The position numbers were made by a program, and so were the translations under genes. The notes under the pieces were generated by a model. The model did no database searches, had not been told where the DNA came from, and worked only from the letters and a program-made list of their open reading frames with translations. DNA of 63,224 nt, the filler included, from Octopus bimaculoides (lineage: Eukaryota), in the NCBI RefSeq assembly GCF_001194135.2. It is 5 parts of 5 records of this genome, joined end to end, with 100 filler letters (N's around TTAATTAATTAA, not from the genome) between each part and the next. Parts side by side here need not be neighbours in the genome. Positions count along the whole stretch, not along the records: positions 9,195 to 26,099 come from NC_068988.1; positions 26,200 to 39,446 come from NC_069001.1; 3 more parts are not named here. The stretch is one strand, 5' to 3'. The first letter of the stretch is position 1; the number at the start of each line of letters is the position of its first letter. Below, piece by piece: positions 23,312 to 36,140 of the stretch.

Positions 23312-26062
23312 CTGATAAGGTGATCAGTTTTAGAACACCAAAGCTGCGCTACATGTCGTTAATCTAGTATGTTGCACCATGAAGGTGGCATCGACCCTGG
23401 GGTCGACGGTAACTCTGAGGTCCTTATGGTGACGCACGCTTTCTTCTAGTGCAATCACATTTCACTAGCTATAGGCTGATTGAACCAAAGTAGATATGTA
23501 TTCTTTAGAGATTTCAAATTAAATATATAGATTTTATAGATTCCGAAATAAATATATACACATTATTCGAGTTCTACCGCAAAATAAATGATATTAGATC
23601 CATGGTTAATTTATTCAGAAATTATGCCCCAAATTCACAATTTTAAAGCAAAGTATTCATGAATGACCCCTAAGAAGGGCGATTCTAATCCATCAAAACG
23701 AAGGGCAAAAATAAAAAAAGACAAAACAGGAAGATGCTGTAAAGAAATGATGCAACCAAGTTCTTTGTTCTTTTCTAAATCTTATCTTTGTTACATTTCA
23801 ATATATTCTCACTTGCTTCACAAAGTCCAATATTCCTAAAGAACTGTTTGTTATCATTTTGTAGAATCAATACTTATATATTATTGAAGTAGACCAAACA
23901 CTACGTTGATTTCTACTTGTTTTTTTTTTGTTTTGTTTTGTTTTGTATTTCCTATGATAAATGTTGTATTTTAAGTTTAATGAATATATTTCGATTAATA
24001 TATTTATTCAATTACTTCTGCGAATTTCAGTAGCTTCTCTTCTTTTTTTTATCCTTCTATTTTTTTCTTCTTCCTGCTGTATTCTTTTTCTTTATTTCTT
24101 TATCTTACTTTATCCACTTTTATTTAACAATACATTTATTAGTTTAGTTTTATATTATATTTTATTTATTCATTATTTATTGTTTAACACTCAAATAGGA
24201 TATCAAAGTCAGTCTTTGGAACAGAATGGAGCAAACCATTCGCCAAATGGCTTAATCAACTGACCATTTTTATGTGTCGTTTTGTTTGGAAGAGCGCCGT
24301 TAAAGAAACAATCCGTTAGGTGTTTCAATTGTATTTTATTAAAGTATTAACTCCTGTAATTGGAGTCAATAAATAAACTCTGCAATTGTCAATATATGAA
24401 ATCACATAACACATATTTGTTTACTGTTATTTTGTAGTTTCTTTCATTTTATTTATTAATTTTGTTCAATTTTATTTATTATTATCTTTTTTTTTTTCAT
24501 ATTATTCCTAAAAAATATAAAAAGTAAATAAATAATCTACCGGTATTTCTTTCTTTTCAATTTAATGTTATAAAATGTTATTTTATTTCCTTCCATCATT
24601 TATCAAATCATATACATATACACACATACAAACATATATNNNNNNNNNNNNNNNNNNNNNNNNNNNNNNNNNNNNNNNNNNNNNNNNNNNNNNNNNNNNN
24701 NNNNNNNNNNNNNNNNNNNNNNNNNNNNNNNNNNNNNNNNNNNNNNNNNNNNNNNNNNNNNNNNNNNNNNNNNNNNNNNNNNNNNNNNNNNNNNNNNNNN
24801 NNNNNNNNNNNNNNNNNNNNNNNNNNNNNNNNNNNNNNNNNNNNNCACATACATATTTATGTAAATATATATATAAATATAAATATAAATATAAATAAAT
24901 ATCCATATATATACATATATATATATATGTATATATATATATATGAATATATATATATTCATACATACATATATACGTATATCTGTGTGTATGTATGTAT
25001 ATAATTATACGTAGTTCTGTGTATATGAGTATAGATGTACTTTTGTATACATGTGTGTGTGTGTTTACATGTATTTATATAGGTTCCCGCGAGTTTATTC
25101 ATCTTTTCACACGCATAACATACAAGTAGCTACACACTATATGCTATAAGTTTTATATGTGTACGTATGTGTGTGTGTGTTTTGTGCGCGCACAACTGTG
25201 TATATATATATGTGTTACGTGCATATATTTGTATGTATATAAACACATATGTACTATATGCCGTATACACACACAGACACACACACACACACACACACAG
25301 ACATACACATATATATATACAGATATATATATGCATGCACAGTGTACTGCATGTATATGTCTTTCTATATTTTTTGCAATCTATATATATGAATGAATGT
25401 GTGTTTATGTATTTATGTATGTATGTATGTATGTATGTATATATATATGTGTATGTACGTATGTATGTATGTATAAGCATGNNNNNNNNNNATGCTCAGT
25501 GTACTGCATGTATATGTCTTTCTATATTTTTTGTAATCTATATACATACACACACATACACACACAATCGATCAAGCAAAACTTATAAATTTTTTTTCAC
25601 AACCACCCTAATGTTCCCGTCATCACACACCATTGTTGCGATATTCCACCACCGCCCCCAATTAGACTGCTCTAACTCCACCATAGCCGTACTGTCATAA
25701 GTATAACCGATACTGGGAAGACTATTAGTCACACTTCGAAAAAATTTAGTGGTATAGTCATCAGGAACGTGACAGCGATGGTGACTTACCTATTACAGCA
25801 GAGACATCATCAATATCATCAACACCAGATTCGCCATCATTACAATCAACATCATCATCATGATCAACAACAACACCCAAAGCATCAGTGTCGTCGTCAT
25901 CATAGTGGTTATCATGCATATCAAATCGTCATTATCATCATTATCATCATCATCAGCAGCATCAGTAGCGGCAGCGACAATAATAGCAACGGTAGCAACA
26001 ACAACAACGATGTTTATTTCTGAATTACAATACATATGCATACACACATATCTATATGTGCG

Positions 26063-26099
<37 letters not shown>

Positions 26100-26226
26100 N
26101 NNNNNNNNNNNNNNNNNNNNNNNNNNNNNNNNNNNNNNNNNNNTTAATTAATTAANNNNNNNNNNNNNNNNNNNNNNNNNNNNNNNNNNNNNNNNNNNNG
26201 AGAGAGAGAGAGAGAGAGAGAAAGAG

Positions 26227-26275
<49 letters not shown>

Positions 26276-26344
26276 GACAGAGATAGCAAAAGAAAACGTG
26301 TCGGGATTAATGGTTCTATATACACACGCTAGCTATCTCCATTG

Positions 26345-26650
26345 AAAGCAGCGTGGTCGATTGGTTAAGTTTGCCTTGCAATTTGGTAGACCCTGTTTCG
26401 CTTCAGAAGAGTCACATGTAGATCAACTTCTTTGTGTAGTAGCTTCGGACTGAACCAAGAAATGTGAGTGAAAGTAAATACAATTCCTCCGAACCTAGAC
26501 GGATGAATTTGCATCTGCTGTTCAGCGATCCAGCCTCGTCGCAGACTGTGTCACGCTAACTCTGTTGAAAGGGGATTACGTTAAGGGTATACATATACGT
26601 AAAAGTTAATTCAGGAGAAGTTAATTCAGTTGATGGAACAACTGTAAATG
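26345..26650 (+). mobile_element. Diverged SINE sharing the 3' region of family B
   Basis: tRNA-like head agcagcgtggtcgattggttaag; 3' part gcctcgtcgcagactgtgtcacgct...tacgttaagggtatac. Confidence 0.55.
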
Positions 26651-26689
26651 TATCATCAACGACATATGGCAATACGTATATATACATAT

Positions 26690-26800
26690 AAGCTCACTTC
26701 CTAACCACATGGCTCCGAGTTCAATCCCACTGCATGGCAACTTTGGGGCAAGTGTCTTCTACTCTAGCCTCGAGCTGATCAAAGTCGTGTGAGTAGATCT
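26690..26800 (+). mobile_element. SINE family C (CORE-like), cut by gap
   Basis: aaccacatggctccgagttcaatcccactgcatggcaactttggggcaagtgtcttctactctagcctcg. Reverse copies lie at 51150-51290 and 60355-60475. Confidence 0.75.
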
Positions 26801-27955
26801 NNNNNNNNNNNNNNNNNNNNNNNNNNNNNNNNNNNNNNNNNNNNNNNNNNNNNNNNNNNNNNNNNNNNNNNNNNNNNNNNNNNNNNNNNNNNNNNNNNNN
26901 NNNNNNNNNNNNNNNNNNNNNNNNNNNNNNNNNNNNNNNNNNNNNNNNNNNNNNNNNNNNNNNNNNNNNNNNNNNNNNNNNNNNNNNNNNNNNNNNNNNN
27001 NNNNNNNNNNNNNNNNNNNNNNNNNNNNNNNNNNNNNNNNNNNNNNNNNNNNNNNNNNNNNNNNNNNNNNNNNNNNNNNNNNNNNNNNNNNNNNNNNNNN
27101 NNNNNNNNNNNNNNNNNNNNNNNNNNNNNNNNNNNNNNNNNNNNNNNNNNNNNNNNNNNNNNNNNNNNNNNNNNNNNNNNNNNNNNNNNNNNNNNNNNNN
27201 NNNNNNNNNNNNNNNNNNNNNNNNNNNNNNNNNNNNNNNNNNNNNNNNNNNNNNNNNNNNNNNNNNNNNNNNNNNNNNNNNNNNNNNNNNNNNNNNNNNN
27301 NNNNNNNNNNNNNNNNNNNNNNNNNNNNNNNNNNNNNNNNNNNNNNNNNNNNNNNNNNNNNNNNNNNNNNNNNNNNNNNNNNNNNNNNNNNNNNNNNNNN
27401 NNNNNNNNNNNNNNNNNNNNNNNNNNNNNNNNNNNNNNNNNNNNNNATAAAAACAAAAGTAAATGAGTATATGCATATATACGTACAGGTATGTGCATAC
27501 CGACATCCACCTGTATGTATAGGTGCATATCTGGGTACAGGACATTGCAAACAAACGTAGACGAGAACACACGAGCCACATAGAGAACATTCTACTTCAT
27601 CAGCTACCCACGTTTTAACACCGGCGTTTCGACGAGCTTTATATATATATATATATATTGTTCTGCAATATTCAGATCAAGAAATCGGGAATAACAGAAA
27701 GAATACGAACAAGATTGCGGCGATCGAAAATTCCATGCCCACCCCACCACATAGAATTACAGGATTAAGTAAGTGTCAATGACGTCATAAAATAAAGACG
27801 ATAAAGACATGAGCAATATTAACATCAAATACAATAACAATAACAGCAAAAGAACAAAAAACATTACAACAAAAACAATGATTTTGAAAATTTTGCGGTG
27901 GGAGGGGAACTCTAGATGCTGTACATGTATGTGTGCGTGTGTGTGTATACACAGA

Positions 27956-27999
<44 letters not shown>

Positions 28000-28094
28000 C
28001 ACAAACGTATACATACGTACATACATACATGCAAACGTACGTGCACGCCACTTTCTCTTTTATCCACCTTTCAAATAAGAATGATAAAAGCAGC

Positions 28095-29300
28095 AATAGT
28101 TCCTTATTCTGGCACAAGGCCAGCAATTTTGATGGGAGCGAGAAGTCGATTACATCGACCCAGAGAGGTTGAAAGCAAAGTTGACTTAGGTGAAAACTGA
28201 ACACCGGACGTAATGAGTCCGAAGAGATACTAATTTCAAATTCTGGCAGAGGCCAGGCAGCTTTTGAAGGTCGGAGGCCCCGGTGCACCACTGGAACTTA
28301 TTTTATCGACCCTGGGTGAATGAAAGGCGAAGTCGATTTTAGTGCAGAGGGCGCTAGGCGATTACATTGACCTCAGTACTCAATTACTACTTATTTTATC
28401 GACCCTGAATGGATGAAAGGCAAAGTCGACTTCAACGGAATTTGAACTCAGAACGCAAAGACAGGCGAAATGCCACGAAGTATTTTGTTCGGCGTACTAA
28501 CGATTCTTATTTCTTTATTGTTCACAAGGGGATAAACATAGAGGAGACAAACAAGGACAAAGTGATTAAGTCGATTATATCGACCTCAGTGCGTAACTGG
28601 TACTCAATTTATCGACCACGAAGAGATGAAAGGCAAAGTCGACCTCGGCGAAATTTGAACTCAGAACGTAACGCAGACGAAATACCGCTAAGCATTTCAC
28701 CCGGCATGCTAACGATTCTGCCAGCTCGCCGCTTTAGCAACAATAATTTCAAATTTTGGCACAAAGCCAGCAAGCTAGGGGGAGGGGGTAAGTCGATTAC
28801 ATCGACCCCAGTGTTCAACTGGTACTTATTTTATCGACCCCGAATGGATGAAAAGCAAAGTGGACCTCAGCGGAAATTGAAATCAGAACGTAAAGACAGA
28901 AGAAATATCACCAAACAACTTCTCCAGCGTGCTAACGATTTTACCAGTTAGCAACCTTAATAATAATAAAAAGAATCGTTTCTACTCTAGGCACAAGGCC
29001 TGAAGTTTGACGGGGGAGGGGATAAATCGATTACATCAACCCTGATACTCAACTGGTACTTTTTTTATTAATCCCGAAAGAAAAAAAAAGAAAGATTAAG
29101 TCGACCGCAGCAGAATTTGAACTCAGAACGTATAGACGGACGAAATGCCGCTAACCATTTTGTACGGCCAGGTCGCCGCCTTAACAATAATGATAGTAAT
29201 CCTTTCTACTAAATGCACAAGGCCTGAAATTTGGGAAGAGGGGAGTTGTCGATTACATCGACCCCAGTGTTTCACTGGTACCTTCATTTATCGATACAAG
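28095..29300 (-). mobile_element. Cluster of about 7 co-oriented SINE family A copies and fragments
   Basis: Repeated aagtcgattacatcgacc...tggtactt...ttatcgacc and aaggcaaagtcgacc...gaatttgaactcagaacg blocks, separated by short (AAT)n tails. Confidence 0.95.
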
Positions 29301-29818
29301 CTGGGGATTGGGTGAATTTTTAAAAAAATGCAAAAACCAAGCAATTAAATTATAAATACTCACATATGGTTCAAGAGAGGACAGAAGAGTTGAACGCATT
29401 TATATATATTGAACTGTTTGTTATTGTTGTTGTTATGGTTGTTTAAGTCCTTAGTAAGCTCTGAAGGGGCAAACCTTATTATTGTCAATATTTAAAGGTA
29501 TTCCTTCGGTGACGATCCCATATTTAAGACAACAAGGTGTGGATTTAAGAAACATTTGACTGGTATTTCTAGCGTGTCAGGCGACCGAGTAGACGCCTGT
29601 CATCGTTGATAGTGTACATGTGTAATGTGCATATAACGTTTATGTGTATGTGCAATTGTTTGTGTATGTTGTATGCAAGTGTGCGTGTGTACGAGTTACA
29701 CGTGTGCCGAGGTCAGTGTGATCCAGGCCAGTCTGTGGCCTCTCCTCTCCATACACGGCATCATGTGTTGTTGTCATTTAGGTGTCACAACTCGTGTAGC
29801 AAGGTCAAGGTTACTGCC

Positions 29819-29819
<1 letters not shown>

Positions 29820-29853
<34 letters not shown>

Positions 29854-30089
29854 TCTCTCTCTCTCTCTCTTTCTCTCTATCTATCTCTCGCAGGGTTTCT
29901 CCCTCTTAGAATCTCTTTTGTACTGTCTCTCTCTCTATCTCTCCATCCATCACTCTCAGACTCACTGACTCTCACTGACTCCCTCCCTTCCTCCCCCTCC
30001 CTCTCTTTCATGCTTTTTTTCTCTCTCTCCATTTCTCTTTGACTCTGTCCTTTAGACTTTCTCCGAGGCTCTCTTTCTCTTTGACTCTT

Positions 30090-30145
<56 letters not shown>

Positions 30146-30349
30146 CCTGACTCGTAGGCTTTCATAATATATCGCTGCTTCACCCTTCTCTCTCTCTCTC
30201 TCTCTCTTTCTCTCTATCTCATGTCATCTTTCTCCCTCTCTCAATGACTCTTACTCTTAGATTCACTCTCTTTCTCCCTCTCTCTCTTTGACAATTAAGA
30301 CTTTCTCTCTAGGACACTCCTCTTTCACTTCAAATCTTTCTCTGAAACT

Positions 30350-30405
<56 letters not shown>

Positions 30406-30636
30406 CTCCCCTCTGGAACAATATCTCTCTCTCTGGTTCAGTCTCTCCCTCATTCTTCAAGTCAAACTTTTCCTCTCTGTCTCTTCTCTCACTCTTTCTC
30501 TCTCCTCTTTTTCTCTCCTCTTTCTCTGTCTCTCTCTCTCTCTCACTCTCTCTCCATTTCTCTCACCTCTCTCTTTCCCTCTCTCACACCCTCTCTTACT
30601 TTCTCCCTTTCTCTCTCTCTTTCTCTTTTCTAATTT
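29820..30636. repeat. (CT)n-rich polypyrimidine tract, about 0.8 kb
   Basis: Direct. Confidence 0.95.
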
Positions 30637-30639
30637 AAC

Positions 30640-32150
30640 CCCATGTAGTGGGAGCATGCCATCGTCACACGTGCGCCAAGTTCAAGGTACTTTATGCTAA
30701 TATGCTTTTCTTACCTTTGTACTTGCACCAATGTACTCCATAACGTAAAACTGCTGATGTCAGGGTAATCCATGCATTTGTACTCCCTCTCTCTCTTCCT
30801 CTTTCTCCTTTTCACTCTTGATGGTATTAAACTAATCCGTGTAGTGCCTCATTTGCTATTCTCAATGTAATCCACGAGATAGTACTCCTGTTTCTTCCTT
30901 GCTTCTAATTAGATAAACCATAGGGAGACACGTGCGACCGTTTCAAGGTAATGCACACAATTGGCCACACGTTATTTCTCTCTCATACTCCTCGTTTGGT
31001 TCCATTTAGTTACTCCATGTTGGTATCACATTTGCCAATATCTGGGTAGAATCCAGGAGGTCATACTCTTGTTTTTCTCTTGTTTTATACTTAGATAATC
31101 CATAAAGAAACATGTATCCGTATCAAGATAATCCACGATTTTAGTCACGCGTTATTTATCTCACATTCTCTCTCTCTATAGATTTACATATTTCTCAATA
31201 CCAGGGTAAAATCCACGCGATCATACTCCAAATTTTCGCCGGATTGTACTTAAATAAACCCAAGGGAGACACGTATGCCCAGGTAAAAGTAAACAATGCT
31301 TTTGGTCTCAGGTTATTTCTTCTCCATTTGTTGCATTTAGTTACTCCACGTGAGTGTAAAATTTGCCATAGGGTAAAATCCACGAGGCATTATGGCCGTT
31401 TTTTCTCCCTGTTGTATTTAGTTACATCATAGCGAGACGTTCTTCTGCAAATGCAGCTCATGTTTTGAGTCACACATTATTTATCTCATATTCTCTTTCT
31501 GTTTTCTTCTCCTTGCTGGTTACTCTTAGATACTCGTAGATGTCACATTTGTCAGTGTCAGAAGAAAAATTCATGAAATCGTAGTTCTATTTTTCTCTCT
31601 TGGTTGTACTTAAATATACCAAAGGGAAGCGCATGAGGTAAGGTAATCCACGCTTATGATCACAACTCTTTCTCTTTCTCTCTCTCTCTTTCTATTGGCT
31701 TTACTTATTTATTCGATGAACATCATGTTTGCCAATCCACAAGGTTGCACTTCTATTTCTCCTTTCATTATATTTAGTTATTCTATTGAGAGACGTGTGC
31801 CCATCTGAAGGTACTTTCAGTCACAAGTTATTTATCTCTCTTTCCCTCTCTCTCTATCTTTTCTTCTCTTTTCTATTGGTTGCATTTAGCTACTCCAAAT
31901 AATGTCATATTTGCCAATGCTAGAGCAAAAGCTATGGAATTGTGCTCTTGTTTCTCTCTTGGTTGTACTTAGATACTTCATGCGCTGACACCTGTGCCTA
32001 CCTGACTTGATTGTATTCAATTAATCCGTATGATGTTATAGTTACCTGCATCAAGGTAATCCATGAGACTGCGCGTCTTTTATTCTCTAGGTTGTACTCA
32101 GTTACTCCATGTCTCTGTTATGTTTGCCAGAATCAAGGTAAACTTCCATG
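30640..32150. repeat. Degenerate tandem array (old satellite), period about 160-190 bp, about 8 units
   Basis: Recurrent ttggttgtactta(g/a)at..cca..gggagacacgt, tcaaggtaatccac, atttagttactcca and tttgccaat blocks. Unit starts are near 30901, 31081, 31241, 31411, 31601, 31770 and 31961. Confidence 0.8.
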
Positions 32151-32219
32151 GATTCGAACTCACTGTATTACTACCATGATAAAAACTATTCTGTTTTATA
32201 TTTTCTTTCTGTTCACAAC

Positions 32220-32965
32220 GATCCTAGGTAGCACCACATGTTTGATGTCGAATATATATCTGTAATAACGAAAATACTTCCATATATTCTAGTGATTTTT
32301 CTGTCCACAGCTATTCCATGTTGCATCACGTGATTGAAAACACATATATCTGCTATGTTAACGAAGATAATTCAGTGTACATTAGAGATTTGTCTGTACT
32401 CTGAGATTCCACGTTGCATCACGTGACTTTGGTTGAAAATACATTCGCCATGATGACCATGTTCCTATGCAATCTATGAATTCTTCAGCACATAGACATT
32501 CCACAAAGCTCCACGTGGTTAAGAACCTGTTTACCAGAACGAAGGCAATATAAAGACCATTCGAATTTGAAGTTTCCTCCACCTGCAATTCAATATAAAT
32601 TCATATGGCTTCCAAGTTCAAGATACAGCAAGCTACTCCAAGGTACTTCATAGCTTTTGTCGTTCACAGTCGAAAGGCCATTTAAGTACATGCATGCGTA
32701 TGCGTATGGTATTGCGTGTGAGTGTGTGTGGGTGTAAGACAACGTATAGAAAATACGTTTAATCTTATTATTCATTAGGTTCTTAAGTTTAAGTTTACTG
32801 TTGTTAATAACCTCCAATGTACTCCATAGTCTTTCGTCGTCTGTAAGGAGCAATTCCATGTAGCATCACATAGTTGAAATGAAGACGTTTGCCACGAGGA
32901 AAACAATATGTTCTACATATTTTCTGTGCATAGAGATCTTATGTAGAATCACGTGGTTGAAGTTG
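32220..32965. repeat. Second degenerate tandem array with CACGTG-containing units
   Basis: attcca(t/c)gt(t/a)gcatcac(g/a)t..ttgaaa at about 32312, 32406 and 32853, plus related blocks at about 32510 and 32945. Confidence 0.65.
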
Positions 32966-33460
32966 AATGCTGTTGCTTTGTTTATTTTTTTTTTTTTTTG
33001 GGTTGGGGTCAGACTGTATTGAAAATGCAAACGTTGCTACTTTGCAGATACACTTTTCTGTAACAAATCCATTTAGTAATTTCTATTACTCTCATATGTA
33101 TTAAAACAAAAAATTGTTCTGTGGGATACTCCTTGTTTCGTAAATCCGTGCATATGAGAGAGAGTGTGGGTGAGAGAGGAAGAGAGATGGGAGAAAGAGA
33201 AAGAGAGAGAGACGAGGAGAGAGGGAGAGAGAGGGAGAGAGAGGGAGAGAGAGGGAGAATGGGGTATGATGTTTGAAACTGAAAGCAATGTTAATTTTCT
33301 TGCATCAACTGTTACATACTGTAAACATGCATATGTGTGAGTCTGTTGAACATGTCTTATATAGTTAAGTTATTCGACTGATATATTACAAACAAAAATT
33401 GCAAAAACGCATGTAGTGGTGACCTTGTATCATTTGCTATTTAGAAAAAAATCCATAGAA

Positions 33461-33793
33461 TTTAACCCTTTAAGGGGAAAAAGGGCTTGTATACTGCTCG
33501 TCTTACAGATAAAAACCGTGGTATCTGACATGTAAAGAAGGAAATACAGTGTTCAAAGTAGTATGTAAGTCCCTTGCATTGCCTACTGTATGTAGTAAAT
33601 CGATATTATGTGACCGTTAATGCTCTAACCCTTTAATGTTAACGAGGGCTTGTATACTGCTGGTCTTATAGAGAAAAACCTTGTTATCAGTCACAGAATG
33701 AACTACAATGTCCAAACAGATGTGTGAGTCCCTTGCATTGCCTATTGTATACAATAAGCCCAATAAACCCATATTGTGTGACCCTTTTAATGC
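33461..33793. repeat. Two-copy tandem duplication, unit about 165 bp
   Basis: taaccctttaa...gggcttgtatactgct.gtctta.aga.aaaaacc...gtcccttgcattgccta.tgtat...tgtgacc occurs twice. Confidence 0.85.
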
Positions 33794-33951
33794 TTATAGA
33801 ACTCATGTGTGTTTCGCAAATGTTATATAAGTAAGTCCATATGGTTTCATTGCTCGTTGTTTCATCGTTGATGACTCCCTTAACTGACCTCGTGGCCTCT
33901 CTTGCTATAATACTAAGCACGTCTCAGCCTTGCACTCTTTCACTTATGTAG

Positions 33952-34080
33952 CACTTCCGGGTCGCGGTGTTGTTGAGAGCTCAGTCATATCAACAAAGGG
34001 CAAGGGACACGACCATGCTGCTGCCTCTGCGGGTGATCAGGTTGTGTACAGAATGGCAGAAATTGCAGACAATGCTAAAG
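33952..34080 (+). CDS. Candidate exon (internal or first coding), unknown protein
   Basis: Acceptor ctctttcacttatgtag|C, strong donor AAAG|gtgaga, and GC-rich sequence. Two frames are open (..GDQVVYRMAEIADNAK and HFRVAVLL..EWQKLQTMLK). Confidence 0.3.
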
Positions 34081-34109
34081 GTGAGATGGGAGTAGCGGCG
34101 GTGGTCATG

Positions 34110-34177
<68 letters not shown>

Positions 34178-34186
34178 TTGTAGTCT

Positions 34187-34240
<54 letters not shown>

Positions 34241-35399
34241 ATAATAGTACTTGATGGTGGTGTTAACAGTGTGTCTATGAAGGTGGTAGTAGTTATGGTG
34301 TTGGTGATGGCGATGGTGATGATGATTGCGATTTTTTATGGAAAGTAGTGGTCGTGAATGTGGTGGTTGCAGTATTTATGGAATCGGTGTGGGGTGTAAG
34401 TGTTGTTGCGGAGGTAGCTGCGTCGATGGTAGGGACAATAATTGTGCTGATGTTGTTGGTAATAATGTGGTGGTGCTAGCGTTGTCAGTGGTGGTAGTGG
34501 TAGCAGCGGGAATGGTAACAGTTGTAGTGGTAATGATAGGTGGTGGTGGTAATGGTCATGGTGATGGCGGTGTTTGTGGTGGTCACGGTAGGTATTGGTG
34601 GTTCAATGGTGGTGATTGTGGTGGTAGAAGTGTTAGCAGTGACAAGGAAAGTGGTGGAGGTGATGGTAGTAGTGGTAGTGGTAGTGATGGTGTTGGTGTG
34701 GGTGGTTAGAAGTGGTACTGTGGTGGTGTTGTTGTTGATGGTGATGGTATTAGCAATGGTAGTAGAGAGAGTGGTGGTGTTGGTGGCGGTGGTGGCTATA
34801 AAGAATGTGACCAAGGTGATAATTTCTAGCAGCAACAACATTAACAACTACAACAATAGCAACAACAATAATAACAAAAGAAAGCAAACAAAACAATAGT
34901 TGATAGTTATCTCCCCTGTCGTTGATAAACACGAAATCCTGAAATATCTCTTGTAGAAATATGCATGACAGGTTCCATTGTATCCTTTGTTTCACAGACT
35001 GATGAAATATCTCCACACAAACATTAGTAATCCTTAGTTTTGATGTACTTCCCGTATCCATGAACGGTTCCTGAAATACAGCTGATCACTTCAAGAAATT
35101 GGTTACTTCCGGTGAAAATAAAAAGACACAGGTAGATAATCCAATGGCGTTTTTGAAAAACGAATATTATTAAAGAATTGGTAAAGCATTTCTTGGGGAG
35201 GGAAATATCTATTGAAGAATTTCCCGAGAAAATCTAATTCAACGAAAGATTTAGTAAAAGACTCCAGGCTCCTGCAATAGATTCGTTAAGGAACCAACAG
35301 ATGAAAACATTTTCTGGTAAATGGTTCTGCCGACAATATCAGTAATTGACCACAGAGGAATTTTAGCAAAGTTCCACTGGAAATATTCCCAGCGGAAGT

Positions 35400-35466
<67 letters not shown>

Positions 35467-35489
35467 GTACGTGCATATGTATGTATATA

Positions 35490-35524
<35 letters not shown>

Positions 35525-36042
35525 AAATCTCCAGTGGCATATTTATTGGAGATTCCGGCGAGAGACATTCATAGAAAGGTATCCGCAGAAAAATGTTACA
35601 ATAATTCACTTTCACATTCGCAAAGCAGAAAAACGATGTTCGAAATGGCTTTACAAGTAAAGAACCCACTGAATAATCTTGCTAAATAATCCACTGGCAT
35701 TAAAGAAATCCTCTGAAGAATTATTAGAATTATTTTTGGTGAAAGATTTCACAGAAGGAATATTTTTGGGTTTCAAAAAATAAATCCAGGATATTTCGCT
35801 TATTATATGCTGTTTTGGTTTTTACTTTACATTTTTATTTTTGATGTTGGTAGCAGAGGTTGATTTTCAAACCTTTGGAAGATTCCATTTTTTGCTTATG
35901 GTGTGTATATCTTAGACATACAAAATTTATGTTTAAGTTTGGTGTATTTGTATGACTTATTTTGGTGTTGTAAAACAAAATAAGTTGTGTATACGTATAT
36001 ATGTATGAATTTATATGTATGTCTGTGTGTGAGTATATATAA

Positions 36043-36080
<38 letters not shown>

Positions 36081-36082
36081 AC

Positions 36083-36140
<58 letters not shown>

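Noticed and set aside
23961-24263. 100-aa hydrophobic ORF
   Set aside because: T-rich low-complexity DNA yields F/L/I by composition, and the start is not a credible ATG context.
25330-25545. 55-bp direct repeat atgc(a/t)cagtgtactgcatg...
   Set aside because: The copies flank a 10-N gap within microsatellite, so this is most likely an unmerged contig overlap or two haplotypes.
27560-27650. Minus-strand gctcgtcGAAACgccggtGTT...CTGATGA as a hammerhead
   Set aside because: The core halves are in the wrong order for type I, and no stems support type II. At best it is half of a Penelope-like motif truncated by (TA)n.
28095-29300. Regularly recurring 30-40-bp motifs resembling a CRISPR array
   Set aside because: The context is eukaryotic, the repeats are parts of 200-bp SINE copies, the intervening sequences are homologous to each other, and there are no cas genes.
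35120-35780. Recurring cca(c/g)tgg(a/c)a motifs around a (TA)n(GT)n tract
   Set aside because: No consistent period or termini could be established by eye.
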